From positions 241,070 to 305,069 of the forward strand of contig JAZJZK010000014.1 of NCBI GenBank assembly GCA_040389905.1: DNA of 64,000 bases, in the 5' to 3' direction. The stretch is from Gemmatimonadota bacterium. Its GTDB lineage: Bacteria; Gemmatimonadota; Gemmatimonadetes; Gemmatimonadales; Gemmatimonadaceae. Below are positions 1 through 10,800 of this stretch, piece after piece; positions within the stretch are counted from its first letter, which is position 1, and each line of letters opens with the position of its first letter. The position numbers were made by a program, and so were the translations under genes. A model generated the notes under the pieces. That model did not search any database. It was given only the letters and a program-made list of their open reading frames with translations, and was not told the origin of the DNA.

Positions 1-222
1 ATGTATTGGGAATTTCACGAGCGCGGCTTTCAGCAGGCGGTGCGCATGGATCGCTGGAAGGCCGTGCGGCTGTCGGCCAATGCGCAGCTCGAGCTGTACG
101 ACCTCGCCGCCGACCCGCGCGAGGAGCGCGACGTGGCCACGTCGAACCCGCGCGTGGTGGCGACAATCGAGGAGTACCTCCGTACGGCGCGTACAGCGTC
201 CGACCGCTGGCCGGTACCGTAA
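1..222 (+). CDS. Sulfatase (arylsulfatase-like), C-terminal part; 5' truncated by the window edge
   Basis: YWEF...QAVRMDRWKAVR...ELYDLAADPREERDVA is the typical sulfatase C-terminal segment. Confidence 0.8.
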   Translation: MYWEFHERGFQQAVRMDRWKAVRLSANAQLELYDLAADPREERDVATSNPRVVATIEEYLRTARTASDRWPVP

Positions 223-223
223 C

Positions 224-735
224 TCACTGCACTGGCATTCTTCGCAGCGCTTCGATGCTTTCGAGAATGTCGAGAAGGTGCGCCTCCACGTACTGACGTC
301 CCTTCTCGCGCGTGGCCAGCGTTGCGTCGCCGTAAATACCCGTGCGCGACCACGTCTTTCCGTCGCGCACGGACATTGCCGAATCGCGTGCCAGACCGCC
401 GGCACCCGGGTGATAATCGTTCGCCGCCTTCGTCATGTCGACGAACTGCGGATACATGTAGAGGAGCATCGACGTTTCCATCTCGTCGGCGTGCGTTCCG
501 CCGGGCTGCTTCGAGATTGCCGTGCGCACCGAATCCGTGCGGCGTCCGCCATCGGTGTACGTCAGCATGATGCCGTTCGCATGAAGGGCAAATCGAGCAC
601 TTTCCCCGCTTCGACCCACGACAGGTCCGCGAGCCGAATGCCGGCCGGCCGGGGGCGTGACTGCGCGGCCGCGGCGAGCGAGGAACACGCGCTGAGCACG
701 GCGACAAGCATGGTGGTGCGACGGATCGAAAGCAT
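224..735 (-). pseudogene. Creatininase-family protein, internally deleted and frameshifted
   Basis: Signal peptide plus GIRLADLSWVEA (N-terminus) in one frame joins near 590 to GGTHADEMETSMLLY...TGIYGDATLATREKG (C-terminus) in another frame; the central EQHGxHLP/NxHGG part is absent. Confidence 0.7.
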
Positions 736-802
736 GAGACATACTGCGGCTACTCTCGGATTACGGCAACTCGATCCGTTCAACGCTCGCGATGCAGCCA
801 AT

Positions 803-1160
803 TCATCCGGTTTTCAATCCCTGCGCGACGATCCCGGATATCGCGGCGGCTAAAATGAGTAGCGGCTCAGGGATTCGTCGCGTCCGCGTCAGCACGAGGA
901 GCGCAACCATCGCGATGATCACCGTCGTGACATCCATAAGGGCCCGGCGACCGAGTACGAACGCCGCCCCAGCGATCGCGCCCGTCGCAGCCGCCGTGAT
1001 GCCATCCACGAACGCGCGGATACGCGGATTCGTCTTGAGACGATCATAGTGCGGGGCAAGCACGATCGTGCTGACGTAGACCGGTGCGAAGACGCCGACC
1101 GCCGCCGTCGCACCGGAGAGACATCGCGAGTTGCGCCGCTAACGGACCGAGGGCCGGGCC
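803..1160 (-). pseudogene. chrA: Chromate transporter ChrA relic
   Basis: The N-domain motif GPLAAQLAM (~1120-1150) abuts, out of frame, the C-terminal GATAAVGVFAPVY...RAFVDGITAAATGAIAG...IPEPLLILAA; it lies directly downstream of chrB. Confidence 0.7.
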
Positions 1161-1172
1161 GTTTTGGGCGAC

Positions 1173-2150
1173 TCAGCCAGGCGCACGTGACGCCGCTGCG
1201 CGCGCAGCCTCGACGGTAAACAGTGCGTACAGGTCGTCGAAGAGTTGCGAGCCCCGCTCCAGACGCGCGACATCGTCCGCGTGCGCCGCGGCGATCGAGG
1301 AGAGCACGCGCTCGATGCCCGATGTGTCATCGCGGCCAAACTTCTCGTCCTTGAGGTCGATGTCGTGAACGATCTCCGCGATCGCCTGGAGCGCGGAATC
1401 AGCAAGACCGAAACGTTGGAGAAGCGTTTCAAAGGTGCATCGATCGCCTTCATGCGAGAACTCACCCTCGAACATGTCGAAGCGAAGCGCTCCGGCGATG
1501 CGGCGCCGTTGCCCCTCCGACACGAACATGAAGCGCGCGTCCGTATCGATGAAGCGGCGAATGAGCCAGGCACTCGCGATGCGGTCGACGAAGACGCCGC
1601 TCCGCGTAACCCACGTGCGGCCGTGATACGCGCCGCGGTCGGCCTCCTGGGTGGCTGTCGGTGTGACGACAGCAGTTGGCTCTGCTTCCTTCTCGAGTGA
1701 ACGCAACGCCGACTCGGCGTCCGCTCGTCCCTCGGCGCCGAAGAAATCGATCGAGATGATCGAGGAAAGACGCTTTCGCAGGCGCGCCAGTTCGTCCTGC
1801 GGTCGAGCGGACGTCGACGCGTCGCGGGCCGACTCGGCAATGCTCGCATAGTCGGTGTCACGCGCAGCGCGAAAGAGATGCCTGATCTGATCGTCGGTCA
1901 GACCATCCATGAAACTGGCACGGCAAATCGACGCATCGCCTCCGCCCTCGATCACCTCCGCGCGCACCCACTGGAAGTCTTCCAGCGACTGAGACCGATC
2001 GGGGAGCACGTACACCGAGTTCTTCACCGCGACCGCACCGATGCGCTGAACGCGACGACCGATTTTCACTCGCAAGTAGTCCGGCTTGGGAGGAATCTGG
2101 TGGATCAGCAGCAGCCACAAGTCGCGATCGGTACCGTCCGCGGCGCTCAT
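1173..2150 (-). CDS. chrB: Chromate resistance protein ChrB
   Basis: WLLLIHQIPPKPDYLRVKIGRR N-domain; WVTR...VDRIASAWLIRRFID...FSHEGDRCTFETLL C-domain. Confidence 0.9.
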   Translation of the reverse strand: MSAADGTDRDLWLLLIHQIPPKPDYLRVKIGRRVQRIGAVAVKNSVYVLPDRSQSLEDFQWVRAEVIEGGGDASICRASFMDGLTDDQIRHLFRAARDTDYASIAESARDASTSARPQDELARLRKRLSSIISIDFFGAEGRADAESALRSLEKEAEPTAVVTPTATQEADRGAYHGRTWVTRSGVFVDRIASAWLIRRFIDTDARFMFVSEGQRRRIAGALRFDMFEGEFSHEGDRCTFETLLQRFGLADSALQAIAEIVHDIDLKDEKFGRDDTSGIERVLSSIAAAHADDVARLERGSQLFDDLYALFTVEAARAAASRAPG

Positions 2151-3193
2151 GCGTCGAGGCTCCCAAGCGCGATCGCTCGGCCAACCCCGGTCGCGAGCGC
2201 TCGCTCGTAGACCAGCGCCGCCAGCGCAACATCCTGAAGGGCAGTCCCGGTGCTGTCGAATACGATGATCTCATCGGCTGCGAGGCGCCCCGGTTTTTTG
2301 CCCGCCACGATCTCGCCCAATTCTGCGCGCACCGCCTCGCGCTGCATGACGCCTGAGTTCAACGCGTGGTGAAGGTCCCCGATCGTTGCGCTCTGCTCGA
2401 GGATGTCCGCGACGACGACGCTGGCCGCCAGTAGTTCCGGCTCGATCTCCTGCTTGTCCGGATTGTCGGCACCCACCGCAGCGACGAATGCGCCGGGTGC
2501 GACGTGCGCTCGGCCGAGGAACCAGTGACGTGCGGGCGTGCAGGTGATCCAGATCGTGGCCGTCCGCGCGTCGCCGTCGAGCGAGTCGATCACGGCGACG
2601 TCCACCCCGAGTTCCGATGTCATGTCCGCGGCGAAGCGCACCGCGCGCTCGGCGTTGAGATCGAACGCCATGACGCGTTCGAGCGTGCGTACGCAGGCCA
2701 ATGCACGAAGCTGGCTTCGTGCCTGTTCACCACACCCGCAGATGACGACGACGGCAGTCTCTCGCGCGAGGTATTTCGCCGCGACGGCGGTGGCCGCCGC
2801 CGTCCGCAGAATCGTGATCTCGATGGAGTCGAGCAGCGCCAACAACCGCCCGTCGGCCGCGTCGAACAGCGCGATCACGCCCTGAATCGTCGGCAGCCCG
2901 CTTCTCTCCGGATTTCCTGGGAAGTTGGCGTTGATCTTCGACGCAAATACCGGCCGACCGTCCGCTCCGGCGAACAACCCGGCCGCCTTCACGTGAAATC
3001 CGCCGCCGTCCACGTGGACGCCGAGCATCGCCGGGGGAATGGCGCGGCCCAGGGCGTGGGCGAGAAACGCGCGCTCGACGGCGTCGACGCATTCCGCCAT
3101 GCGGAGGAGTCTCGCGACCTCCCCGCGACGAAGAACAAGGGTACTGGACGACCCGGCCGGGAACCCGCCCGTTGGATGGTGAGTCATGGCCAC
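2147..3193 (-). CDS. Ornithine cyclodeaminase/mu-crystallin family protein (start could be ATG 3187)
   Basis: ITILRTAAATAVAAKYLAR, GCGEQA Rossmann motif, VFDSTGTALQD; ATGA overlap with chrB. Confidence 0.9.
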   Translation of the reverse strand: MAMTHHPTGGFPAGSSSTLVLRRGEVARLLRMAECVDAVERAFLAHALGRAIPPAMLGVHVDGGGFHVKAAGLFAGADGRPVFASKINANFPGNPERSGLPTIQGVIALFDAADGRLLALLDSIEITILRTAAATAVAAKYLARETAVVVICGCGEQARSQLRALACVRTLERVMAFDLNAERAVRFAADMTSELGVDVAVIDSLDGDARTATIWITCTPARHWFLGRAHVAPGAFVAAVGADNPDKQEIEPELLAASVVVADILEQSATIGDLHHALNSGVMQREAVRAELGEIVAGKKPGRLAADEIIVFDSTGTALQDVALAALVYERALATGVGRAIALGSLDA

Positions 3194-3366
3194 ATGCTAA
3201 TATCACAACTGAATCATTGCAAATCTCGCCATGTGGGTGAGTCTGTCATCACGAGTGAAGTCGACGACGCCGCGCGCTCCGTCTGGGTTTTCTCCTTCCG
3301 TACAACTATTATCACAGTTGAAGCACAGTCAGTTTCGTGACGGGGCTCTGCCAACTCGGAGAACAC

Positions 3367-4290
3367 ATGACCAGCCACATCCTTCGTCGTTCGTCGCTCG
3401 CCCGTGGTGCTGCCTTGGCATCGGTGCTCACGTTCGCATCGCGCAGCGTGCAGGCACAGTCATGGGCCCCTGTCGAACAGGCCTTCGGTCGAGCCGGCAT
3501 CGCGCAGCCCGGCGACGTCATGCGATTCAACTTCCCGCGTCGCGATCTGCGCGTCACCGTTGGCGACGTTCAGGTACGTCCCGCCTTCGCGCTGGGCTCG
3601 TGGGTGGCCTTCAAGCGGATGCCGGATGGACAAGCCATGGCGATGGGCGACCTCGTACTCACCGACAACGAGATCAATCCGGTCATCTCGGCGCTCCAGA
3701 AGGGTGGCGTGGAGCAGAGTGCGCTGCACAACCACATCGTCGGTGGAACGCCTAACACGATGTACCTGCACATCAGTGCGCATGGCAAAGAGATCGATAT
3801 CGCCCGCGCGATCCGGCGAGCACTGGAAACGACCGGCACGCCGCTCGACACCGTTGCGGCCGGTCCCGCCGCCTCTTTCAATCTCGATACGGCGGCCGTC
3901 GCCAAGGCGCTCGGTTACGCCGGCCGAGTGAACGGCGGCGTGTACCAGGTGAACGTGGCCCGCGCTGAGACGATCATGCAGGACGGACACGAGGTGCCCG
4001 CGTCGATGGGCCTGACGACCGCGATCAACTTCCAGCCAACGGGCGGTGGCAAGTCGGCGATTACCGGCGATTTCGTGATGATCGGGACAGAGGTCAATCC
4101 GGTCATTCGTGCGCTGCGGGAAAACGGGATCGGCGTCACCGCGGTGCACAGCCACATGATCGGCGAGACGCCGCGCCTCTACTTCATGCACTTCTGGGCC
4201 AACGACGATGCGGTCAAGCTCGCGCGCGGTTTGAGTGCGGCGCTGGCAAAGACGAACTCAGCAAAACCGACGGTTTCGAAGACGCCGTGA
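3367..4290 (+). CDS. DUF1259 (LppY/LpqO-like) tandem-domain exported protein
   Basis: Two repeats carrying ALHNH and AVHSH..YFMHFW motifs; signal peptide; GGAGA RBS before ATG 3367. Confidence 0.85.
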   Translation: MTSHILRRSSLARGAALASVLTFASRSVQAQSWAPVEQAFGRAGIAQPGDVMRFNFPRRDLRVTVGDVQVRPAFALGSWVAFKRMPDGQAMAMGDLVLTDNEINPVISALQKGGVEQSALHNHIVGGTPNTMYLHISAHGKEIDIARAIRRALETTGTPLDTVAAGPAASFNLDTAAVAKALGYAGRVNGGVYQVNVARAETIMQDGHEVPASMGLTTAINFQPTGGGKSAITGDFVMIGTEVNPVIRALRENGIGVTAVHSHMIGETPRLYFMHFWANDDAVKLARGLSAALAKTNSAKPTVSKTP

Positions 4291-4449
4291 CGTGCGCGCG
4301 CAAGGATCACGATTCGTAGTAAACTGCCGCCGCCTTCCTGAATGGGCCCGCCATCACTGTCTCAACGTTTGGATACAATTGCACGTTAGGAGCATAGTGA
4401 CCCGTCGAGGCTGCACGTCAGGAACGCCGAACGCTCCAGGGAAGGTTCT

Positions 4450-4839
4450 ATGCGCCGTCACCTGTTCGCTATCGCGGCACTGAGTGTGTCCGCTCTCACC
4501 GGTTGCGCCACGCTGGGCAACCCCGTCTCGAATAGCAGGCCGATCGCCGCTGGCTCGATGGAGCGCGCGCTTAAGGCCACTGTCATCGCAGCGACATCCA
4601 CCGACTGGGTGCCCAAGACGATTTCCGCCGAGGCCGGGTACGTCATGGCCGAGCGTGGCGATCCTCGCGTTGATCCGTATCGCCTCGAGGTGATGATCCC
4701 TGAGGGCGGCGCCGGATCTCTCAACGTGAAGGTGACACCGCTGGCAGGCCGGAGAGAGAACGTCGGTTCGGAAGACGGCGCATCCGATCTGGCAAAGAAA
4801 TTCCTCGAGGCATTCGAGCGGGCAATCGCGCCGCGGTAG
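4450..4839 (+). CDS. Hypothetical lipoprotein
   Basis: MRRHLFAIAALSVSALTGC lipobox. Confidence 0.7.
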   Translation: MRRHLFAIAALSVSALTGCATLGNPVSNSRPIAAGSMERALKATVIAATSTDWVPKTISAEAGYVMAERGDPRVDPYRLEVMIPEGGAGSLNVKVTPLAGRRENVGSEDGASDLAKKFLEAFERAIAPR

Positions 4840-5010
4840 CGACTGCGAATTCCTTCGACGACCGGGCTGCATCCAAGCGCCTGGCGCGAGGCGCCTCGAT
4901 CGCTTGAAACGATGGTGGCGTGCAGCGCAAAACTGGCGTGAGCCGTTTCTTGCGAAGTTCTCGCGTTACTGAGGAAGCGTTCCTCTTCCCCTCTATCGCA
5001 CAGAATCTCC

Positions 5011-5580
5011 ATGAAGCTGTTCCGTTCGCTTTGCGCCTCGGTGCTCCTTTTCGTTCCCACAGTGCCGGCGCTTGCCCAAGTCTCCTCCTCGCTTGCTCCG
5101 GAGAGGCAAGTGCATCTGGACCTCACCATCGCCGGTGCCGCCGTGGGCTTCGCCGCCCGCACCTCTGAGCGGACCATGTTCGGCGTGGAAATCGGCGGAG
5201 GTGGGAACTGGGTGAACTACACACTCGCCGGCAGCCACTTCTCAAAGGGCGGAGCCAGGAACTCGTCGCTCGTCGAGCTCGCCCACGCGACCGTGTTCAT
5301 GCGCACCCGCTTCAGCGAGAGCCAGCATCTCGACCTCGGCGCGAAGGTGTCGGCGTTCCTCCACTTCGATAGCTCGGACGACGAACCCGGCGGCGGCTAC
5401 TTCGTTGGGCTGAACGCCAAGTACAGCTGGGCGAAATGGCGGCGGATGAACCTCGCATCCGAGATGGACATCGGGCGCTTCGCGGAGCCCGGCAACGGCA
5501 CCTGCCTCAGCGGATGCGAAGGGAGGCAAGAGTTCGGTATCAACGTCGCGCCGATCCTCGTGCGGTTCACCTTTCCGTGA
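5011..5580 (+). CDS. Hypothetical exported, beta-rich (possibly outer-membrane) protein
   Basis: Signal peptide ending ALA-Q; alternating beta-strand pattern; C-terminal VRFTFP. Confidence 0.7.
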   Translation: MKLFRSLCASVLLFVPTVPALAQVSSSLAPERQVHLDLTIAGAAVGFAARTSERTMFGVEIGGGGNWVNYTLAGSHFSKGGARNSSLVELAHATVFMRTRFSESQHLDLGAKVSAFLHFDSSDDEPGGGYFVGLNAKYSWAKWRRMNLASEMDIGRFAEPGNGTCLSGCEGRQEFGINVAPILVRFTFP

Positions 5581-5625
5581 CGCCAAGCGCTCTTTCTGCG
5601 CTGGAACGAGTACCTTTGAAGACCT

Positions 5626-6504
5626 ATGACGCAGCCCGGCGGCCCGAACGAACTCGAGACGGCAATACTCGCCGTATACCGCGGACCGCTCGACGAATTT
5701 GTCAGCCGGCGCGATGCGCTCGTCAAGCAACTGCGCGCCACCAAGCAACGTGACGCCGCCGACCGCGTGAAGGCGCTGCGCAAGCCAAGCCGCATCGCCT
5801 GGGTGCTCGACAGCGTGGTTCATGAGGACCCTGCGTCCGTCGAACAGCTTGCTGCCGCAATCAAGGAGGCACAAACCGGCGCCGACTTGCGCACAGCGCT
5901 CGACACCATGAAGGCAGCGGTGCGCGGTGTCGCCGCAGTCGGCGCCCGCGTCGCGCTCCGCGCCGGACAACCGATCGAGCCGAACGTCGTGGTCACGGCG
6001 CTGTACGCGATAATTGGTGATGCCAGCGCGTTTGCGGACCTGCGCGCGGGCCTGCTCGTCGAAGTTCCGGAAGCCGGCGGCCTCGACATGCTCGCCGCCG
6101 CCGCCCTCGATCGAACAGACAAGACGACATCACCATCGCCTGCACCGCCGCCGCAGGAGACAGGAAAACCCGATGCGCGCGCTGAGGCCGCGCAGCAGGA
6201 AACCGAGGCCGCGAAACAGAACGCTGAGCTTGCAAAGGCCGCGCGCGCCGAGCTGCGGCGAGCCGAAGCGTCGTTCGCCACGGCGAGCGAACGATCGGAG
6301 CACGCGGAGCGAGCGGTTTTGAAGGCCCAGGAGAAACTCGACGACGCTGAACGTGCCTTACGGCATGCTCAATCCGAGGCAGAGTCCCGACGCGCCGATC
6401 TCGAACGTGCGCGAAACAGCGCCGCGACGGCCGCCGCAGAACTGCGTGACGCGGAGCAAGCCGTCGCTACCTCCCGCGCGCGTGTGGTGGAAACCGAAGG
6501 TTAG
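5626..6504 (+). CDS. Conserved-type hypothetical protein with C-terminal coiled coil
   Basis: YRGPLDEFVSRRDAL...VKALRKPSRIAW N-terminus; Ala/Glu/Arg-rich coiled-coil tail. Confidence 0.75.
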   Translation: MTQPGGPNELETAILAVYRGPLDEFVSRRDALVKQLRATKQRDAADRVKALRKPSRIAWVLDSVVHEDPASVEQLAAAIKEAQTGADLRTALDTMKAAVRGVAAVGARVALRAGQPIEPNVVVTALYAIIGDASAFADLRAGLLVEVPEAGGLDMLAAAALDRTDKTTSPSPAPPPQETGKPDARAEAAQQETEAAKQNAELAKAARAELRRAEASFATASERSEHAERAVLKAQEKLDDAERALRHAQSEAESRRADLERARNSAATAAAELRDAEQAVATSRARVVETEG

Positions 6505-6554
6505 GGACTCGCGTTCGTACCTTAACTGTCATTCCTGGCGCCCATGGCCGTAGA

Positions 6555-6633
6555 TGTCATCCCGAGCGAAGTCGAGGGATCTGCACGTTCCGTCTGGGTT
6601 TGAGGTGCAGCCCCCTCGACAAAGCTTCGCTCG
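6555..6633. repeat. REP-like palindromic element (GTCATCCCGAGCGAAGTCGAGGGATCT type), degenerate
   Basis: cgagcgaag/cttcgctcg and gtcgagggatctgcac/gtgcagccccctcgac pair as a hairpin. Confidence 0.6.
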
Positions 6634-6686
6634 ATCGGTGTGTCCGCGTGCCCCAAGACAAGTACACCGACGAATGACGTCGGGGC

Positions 6687-6723
6687 TTGATGGTGTGCGA
6701 TAGGTACTTACATTTGGAAGTAC
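6687..6723 (+). promoter_or_regulatory. Putative TA promoter with overlapping operator
   Basis: TTGATG-N16-TACATT; inverted repeat GTACTT-N8-AAGTAC (6704-6723) over the -10 box. Confidence 0.5.
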
Positions 6724-6736
6724 ACCAGAGGCCACC

Positions 6737-7129
6737 ATGACGTATCGCGCCAAAGCAGCGACTGTCGGAAACTCCAAGGCACTCCGCCTCGATGCCGCGC
6801 TCTTTCGCGCCCACCCCGAATTCGGGACGGGCGAGTTTGCCGTCAGTGTAATCGCTCCAGGCCAGCTACTCATTCAGGCGATAGCCGAGAGCACCAAGGA
6901 TGAGACTGATCCAGTGTTTGACGCGTTCCTCGGATTCGTTGAGCTTCAGATGGAACTGCGGCCAAACTTGATCAGCGCAGTCACCCAAGCCGATCGCCGA
7001 GAGGCGGCCGAACTTCTTCGTGGCGTACGATCGGACCCGGGCGAAGATTTGGGAGACGACTTTGTGTTGCCGGGAGATTCGCGCGATACCCGCTCACGCA
7101 AGAAGTCCAAACGAGTGTCGAAGAAGTAA
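6737..7129 (+). CDS. AbrB/PrlF-type antitoxin
   Basis: KAATVGNSKALRL AbrB-like N-terminus; DPVFDAFLGF PrlF-like motif; upstream of a YhaV toxin. Confidence 0.8.
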   Translation: MTYRAKAATVGNSKALRLDAALFRAHPEFGTGEFAVSVIAPGQLLIQAIAESTKDETDPVFDAFLGFVELQMELRPNLISAVTQADRREAAELLRGVRSDPGEDLGDDFVLPGDSRDTRSRKKSKRVSKK

Positions 7130-7147
7130 TGGCGCTTCGGCGGCCTC

Positions 7148-7660
7148 ATGGATAAGCGCACCAGAAGCAAGAACAGCCCCGCTGCGCGGACCACCGCTCC
7201 GGTGGTGATCAACGGCTGGACATTGCTTTTCTGGACCTCCTTCCGTGAGCGCTGGACCGACCTTGGCAGGGCCGTACAGAAAGCGCGAGCCTCAGATCCA
7301 GAGCGTTATATGCACGCGCCGGAAGTGAAGATCTTCCATACCGTGCGCGAACTGGTCTTCAAGGAAATCCCGGTCAATCCGGATCATCCACAGTTTCGGC
7401 AACGAAAGACACTCGGCGGTGAACACACCCACTGGCGGCGCGCGAAGTTCCATCGGCGATTCCGATTGTTCTTCCGATTTCACACGGCGTCACGGACCAT
7501 CATCTATGCTTGGCTGAGCGACGACAACACGCTGAGGAAACCCGGAAGCCACACCGATCCATACAGCGTCTTCCATCGAATGCTTGAACGGGGCGCACCG
7601 CCATCGGATTGGGATGACCTCATGAAGGCGTGCAAGACGATCGACCAGGAATCCGAGTGA
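7148..7660 (+). CDS. yhaV: YhaV-family type II toxin (RelE-superfamily RNase)
   Basis: VINGWTL...IPVNPDHPQFRQRKTLG..HTHWRRAKF..RFRLFFRF...IIYAW..DDNTLR...DPYSVF..ML..G.PPSDWDDL. Confidence 0.9.
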   Translation: MDKRTRSKNSPAARTTAPVVINGWTLLFWTSFRERWTDLGRAVQKARASDPERYMHAPEVKIFHTVRELVFKEIPVNPDHPQFRQRKTLGGEHTHWRRAKFHRRFRLFFRFHTASRTIIYAWLSDDNTLRKPGSHTDPYSVFHRMLERGAPPSDWDDLMKACKTIDQESE

Positions 7661-7853
7661 CTCGCCACGAAGGTGGCAACGCGCCGACGTCGTGCGCGAA
7701 CGGCTGGCTGCTCTCGATTTGGAGCGCAGGTTGCTGCAAACCGAACTCGTGTCGCTCGAGTATCGTGGGTCGCTCACTCGTCGCGTCACAAGTCTCGAGC
7801 GGGCTATGTTTCGCGCCCACGGGGCCTGTACTGAACGCACGGCGTTCTGCGGG

Positions 7854-10800
7854 CTACGAAACGTCGAGCGGAGTTGTTCCAATGCACAGAAACCCCGCCC
7901 ATGCCTGTGGATGCGGCGTGATTGCGCGCACATATCGCTGCGCTGATGACAGTGCCTGCGCGCATGCCTCGCCTGCGCTGACACGTCGATAGAACTCGAT
8001 CATCAAATCGCGCGTCTGTTCGTCTGGGACTTTCCACACACTCATTACGAGCGCTGATGCCCCCGCGATGGCGAACGCACGCCGCAGACCAAATATGCCC
8101 TCGCCCCGGCGAACCTCTCCGAGCCCAGTCTCGCATGCGGAGAGAACGACCAGGTCCGTGGCCGTGAAGTCGAGCAACGCAATTTCCGCCGCGGTCAATA
8201 ACCCATCATCCCCCGAAGACAGCGAGTGGCCCGACGCCCATGAGTTGACGCCCGCGAGCGCAATTCCAGAACGCAGCAAAGGGTCTTGCAACTGACCTAG
8301 ACGCGTTATGGGATCGACACCGACATCGCTTTCGCGCGGTTTGTCGAGTGCCTCCGCCGCATAGTTTCCAAAGCCCGGGATTTCGATGACAGTGAGCGTG
8401 TCGACGAAGTTTGCCGACTTGGGCGGGCGTTCGTCAGTGAGAAAGAAGCCGTGACTCGCTAGATGGAGGATCCGCGGGGGCAGCGCCGACCGAAGGCGTG
8501 CTTCGACGGCATCGCCTCCCATGACAGGTGCAACGCCAAGGATCGCCGCAACGGCCACTCCTTCCTCCCTCGTCCCTGATAACGGTGTGAACGGCCGACG
8601 GCGTTCCCCCTTCGGTACGCCTTCCAACTCGAGATCGAAATCCGGATCCGCCATCACGAGCGGTGCGTCTCCTACGATTGTGGGCCCTGCCTCCTTTAGC
8701 AGGTCTCGGCCTGTGTCGAGCAGAATCAGCTCATACCGGTCAATCAGGTACCCGTCGTCGATGGGCAGCGCGGCAAAGGGCAAGCGCGTCAACTCTCCAT
8801 GCTGTGCAATGCATAGTCGGGTGCACGAACCGATGCCTTCGCGGAAGGGATCGAACACCATCTGCCTTAGCGCATTCCCGGCGGCAACCCAATCCTCAGC
8901 GTCGAGCCCCATAGGCGCCGGCGTTGGTTTCGGCGCAACGGAATCATCCACCCACGGACCTTCCGCTGGGATTCCACCAGGATCCGCTTCACACGTGATT
9001 GCGGACCGAAAGCGGCTGATTGCCAGATCGACCGCGTCGGCGTCACCGATGTCGATGATCGCGGGCTCGCAGTCTGGACGCACGATGAATGCGGCATATC
9101 GCAGCGTGCCCCGATGAAAACGATCGCCTGGCGCGCCACGATGGAAATCGATCACCTCATAGCGGAGGTATTCCACCAATGCGGTGCCGATCGGCAGCTT
9201 TTCCCTGACGGTCTCCAGGCTCACGCGAGTTGCTCGTGCGGCTTCTCCGTTCGACTCCGACGCGAGATGCCGCCCGATCTCGTGGTCGAGTGCTTCCGCG
9301 CGGCGGCGGAGCTCTTCCATCGCGGTCGCGCTGTCCTGCGGCGCGGGCGGCCCGCTGATCGACTGGCGAACGATCGCGCGCTGGACGTCGATGTAATCGC
9401 GACGAAGTGCCTTCAGTTCGACCGTCACGGAGTGAGCCAGCGCCCGCACACGTGTTGCATTCCAGGCGAGCGTCGCACCCTTCCAGCGTAGTGTCCACTC
9501 ACACGCGTCGCGGATGGCGGCAGGTGAACGCAGCCGTATGGCAATGGACACAACAACGTCGAGGTGCTGATAGAGCGCGTCGGCGATTCTATCCTGCGCG
9601 GAGGTCGATGTGATCGTGAACGGCTGGGCAAAGCGCTCGTCGAGGATAATCGACACCTCACGTGCCGCGAGAGCCGCCTCCTCCCAACGTTGGCTCCCGC
9701 CCAAAATCCATGCTTTCGCAATCGTCGCTTTGAGCAGGAGTGCATGACTGCCGTTCACGCCGAGCAGCCTCGCAATCGCTCTGTCGATCAACTCGATGGC
9801 GACGTCGTATTTCTTGGTTCGCCCCTCGACTCTCGCGAGGTCGATTTCAACAATCGCGATCTCGAGCGCCGTGGCGTCAAACCTAGCCGTGGCTGCCAGC
9901 GCTTGGGTCAAGACCAGCCGAGCACCCTCCGAGGCACCGAGCCGCACGTAGATGTCTCCCGTACCACGAAGGGCGCGAGCGAGAAGTTGTGGCGTGCCCG
10001 TCTCTTCCGCGATTCCCGCGACCTCGACGAACATCGGCGGTGCTTCGTGCACTGGGCCAAATGCGCCCGTGATCTCGGCTAGCGTTTCCAGCACGTCGGC
10101 ATAGAGCAGCGATCGTTTCCCGAGGAGTGCTTCGGCCATATCCACCGCGCGCCGAATCAACGCCGTGGCCTTCTCTGCGTTGCTCTGGCTGGCGTAAAAG
10201 ACACCGAAGTCGCGAAGGAGCCGCGCCGTGCGCGCCGTCGGCTCGACGGCCAGGAGCGGCGGGAGAGCCGCCCGAAAGAGCGACTCCGCCTCGACGAGAT
10301 GACCACTATTCCATCTGACGTGCCCGAGTACCGCTTGGGCACGTGCAACCGTCTGAACGCCGACCGACGGCTGTTCATTCAGGAGATCGAGACTGATTTC
10401 GGCCGCTTCATCTCGGTCACCAGCAGACAGGAGCAGTTCTGATAGCCGCAGCTGATTCTCCGCGAGCGAGTCGGACAAGCCCTTCGATCGCGCCCGTGCG
10501 CTCTGTGCCACTGCCTCGCGCATGGTTTCGACTGCGGCACGTGCTCCAGCAGCGAGTTCCTGAACCTGTGACTTCGTGCGCAGAAGCGCGGCAAAATGAT
10601 CGGCGGGCGGCTCCCAGCCGGCATGCACCAGAGCGATGTAGTCGTCGCAGACCCGTTCGGCCTCGACCAGATCAGCGCCTTGCGCGACGGCACCGGCGAG
10701 CCAGGTCATCGCTTGCGACCACTCGAGCGTTCCGCGAGGTTCTCGACCACACACCTCGGCGAAGAGCGTGGCGGCGTACGAGTATTCGCCCAAGTGAAAC

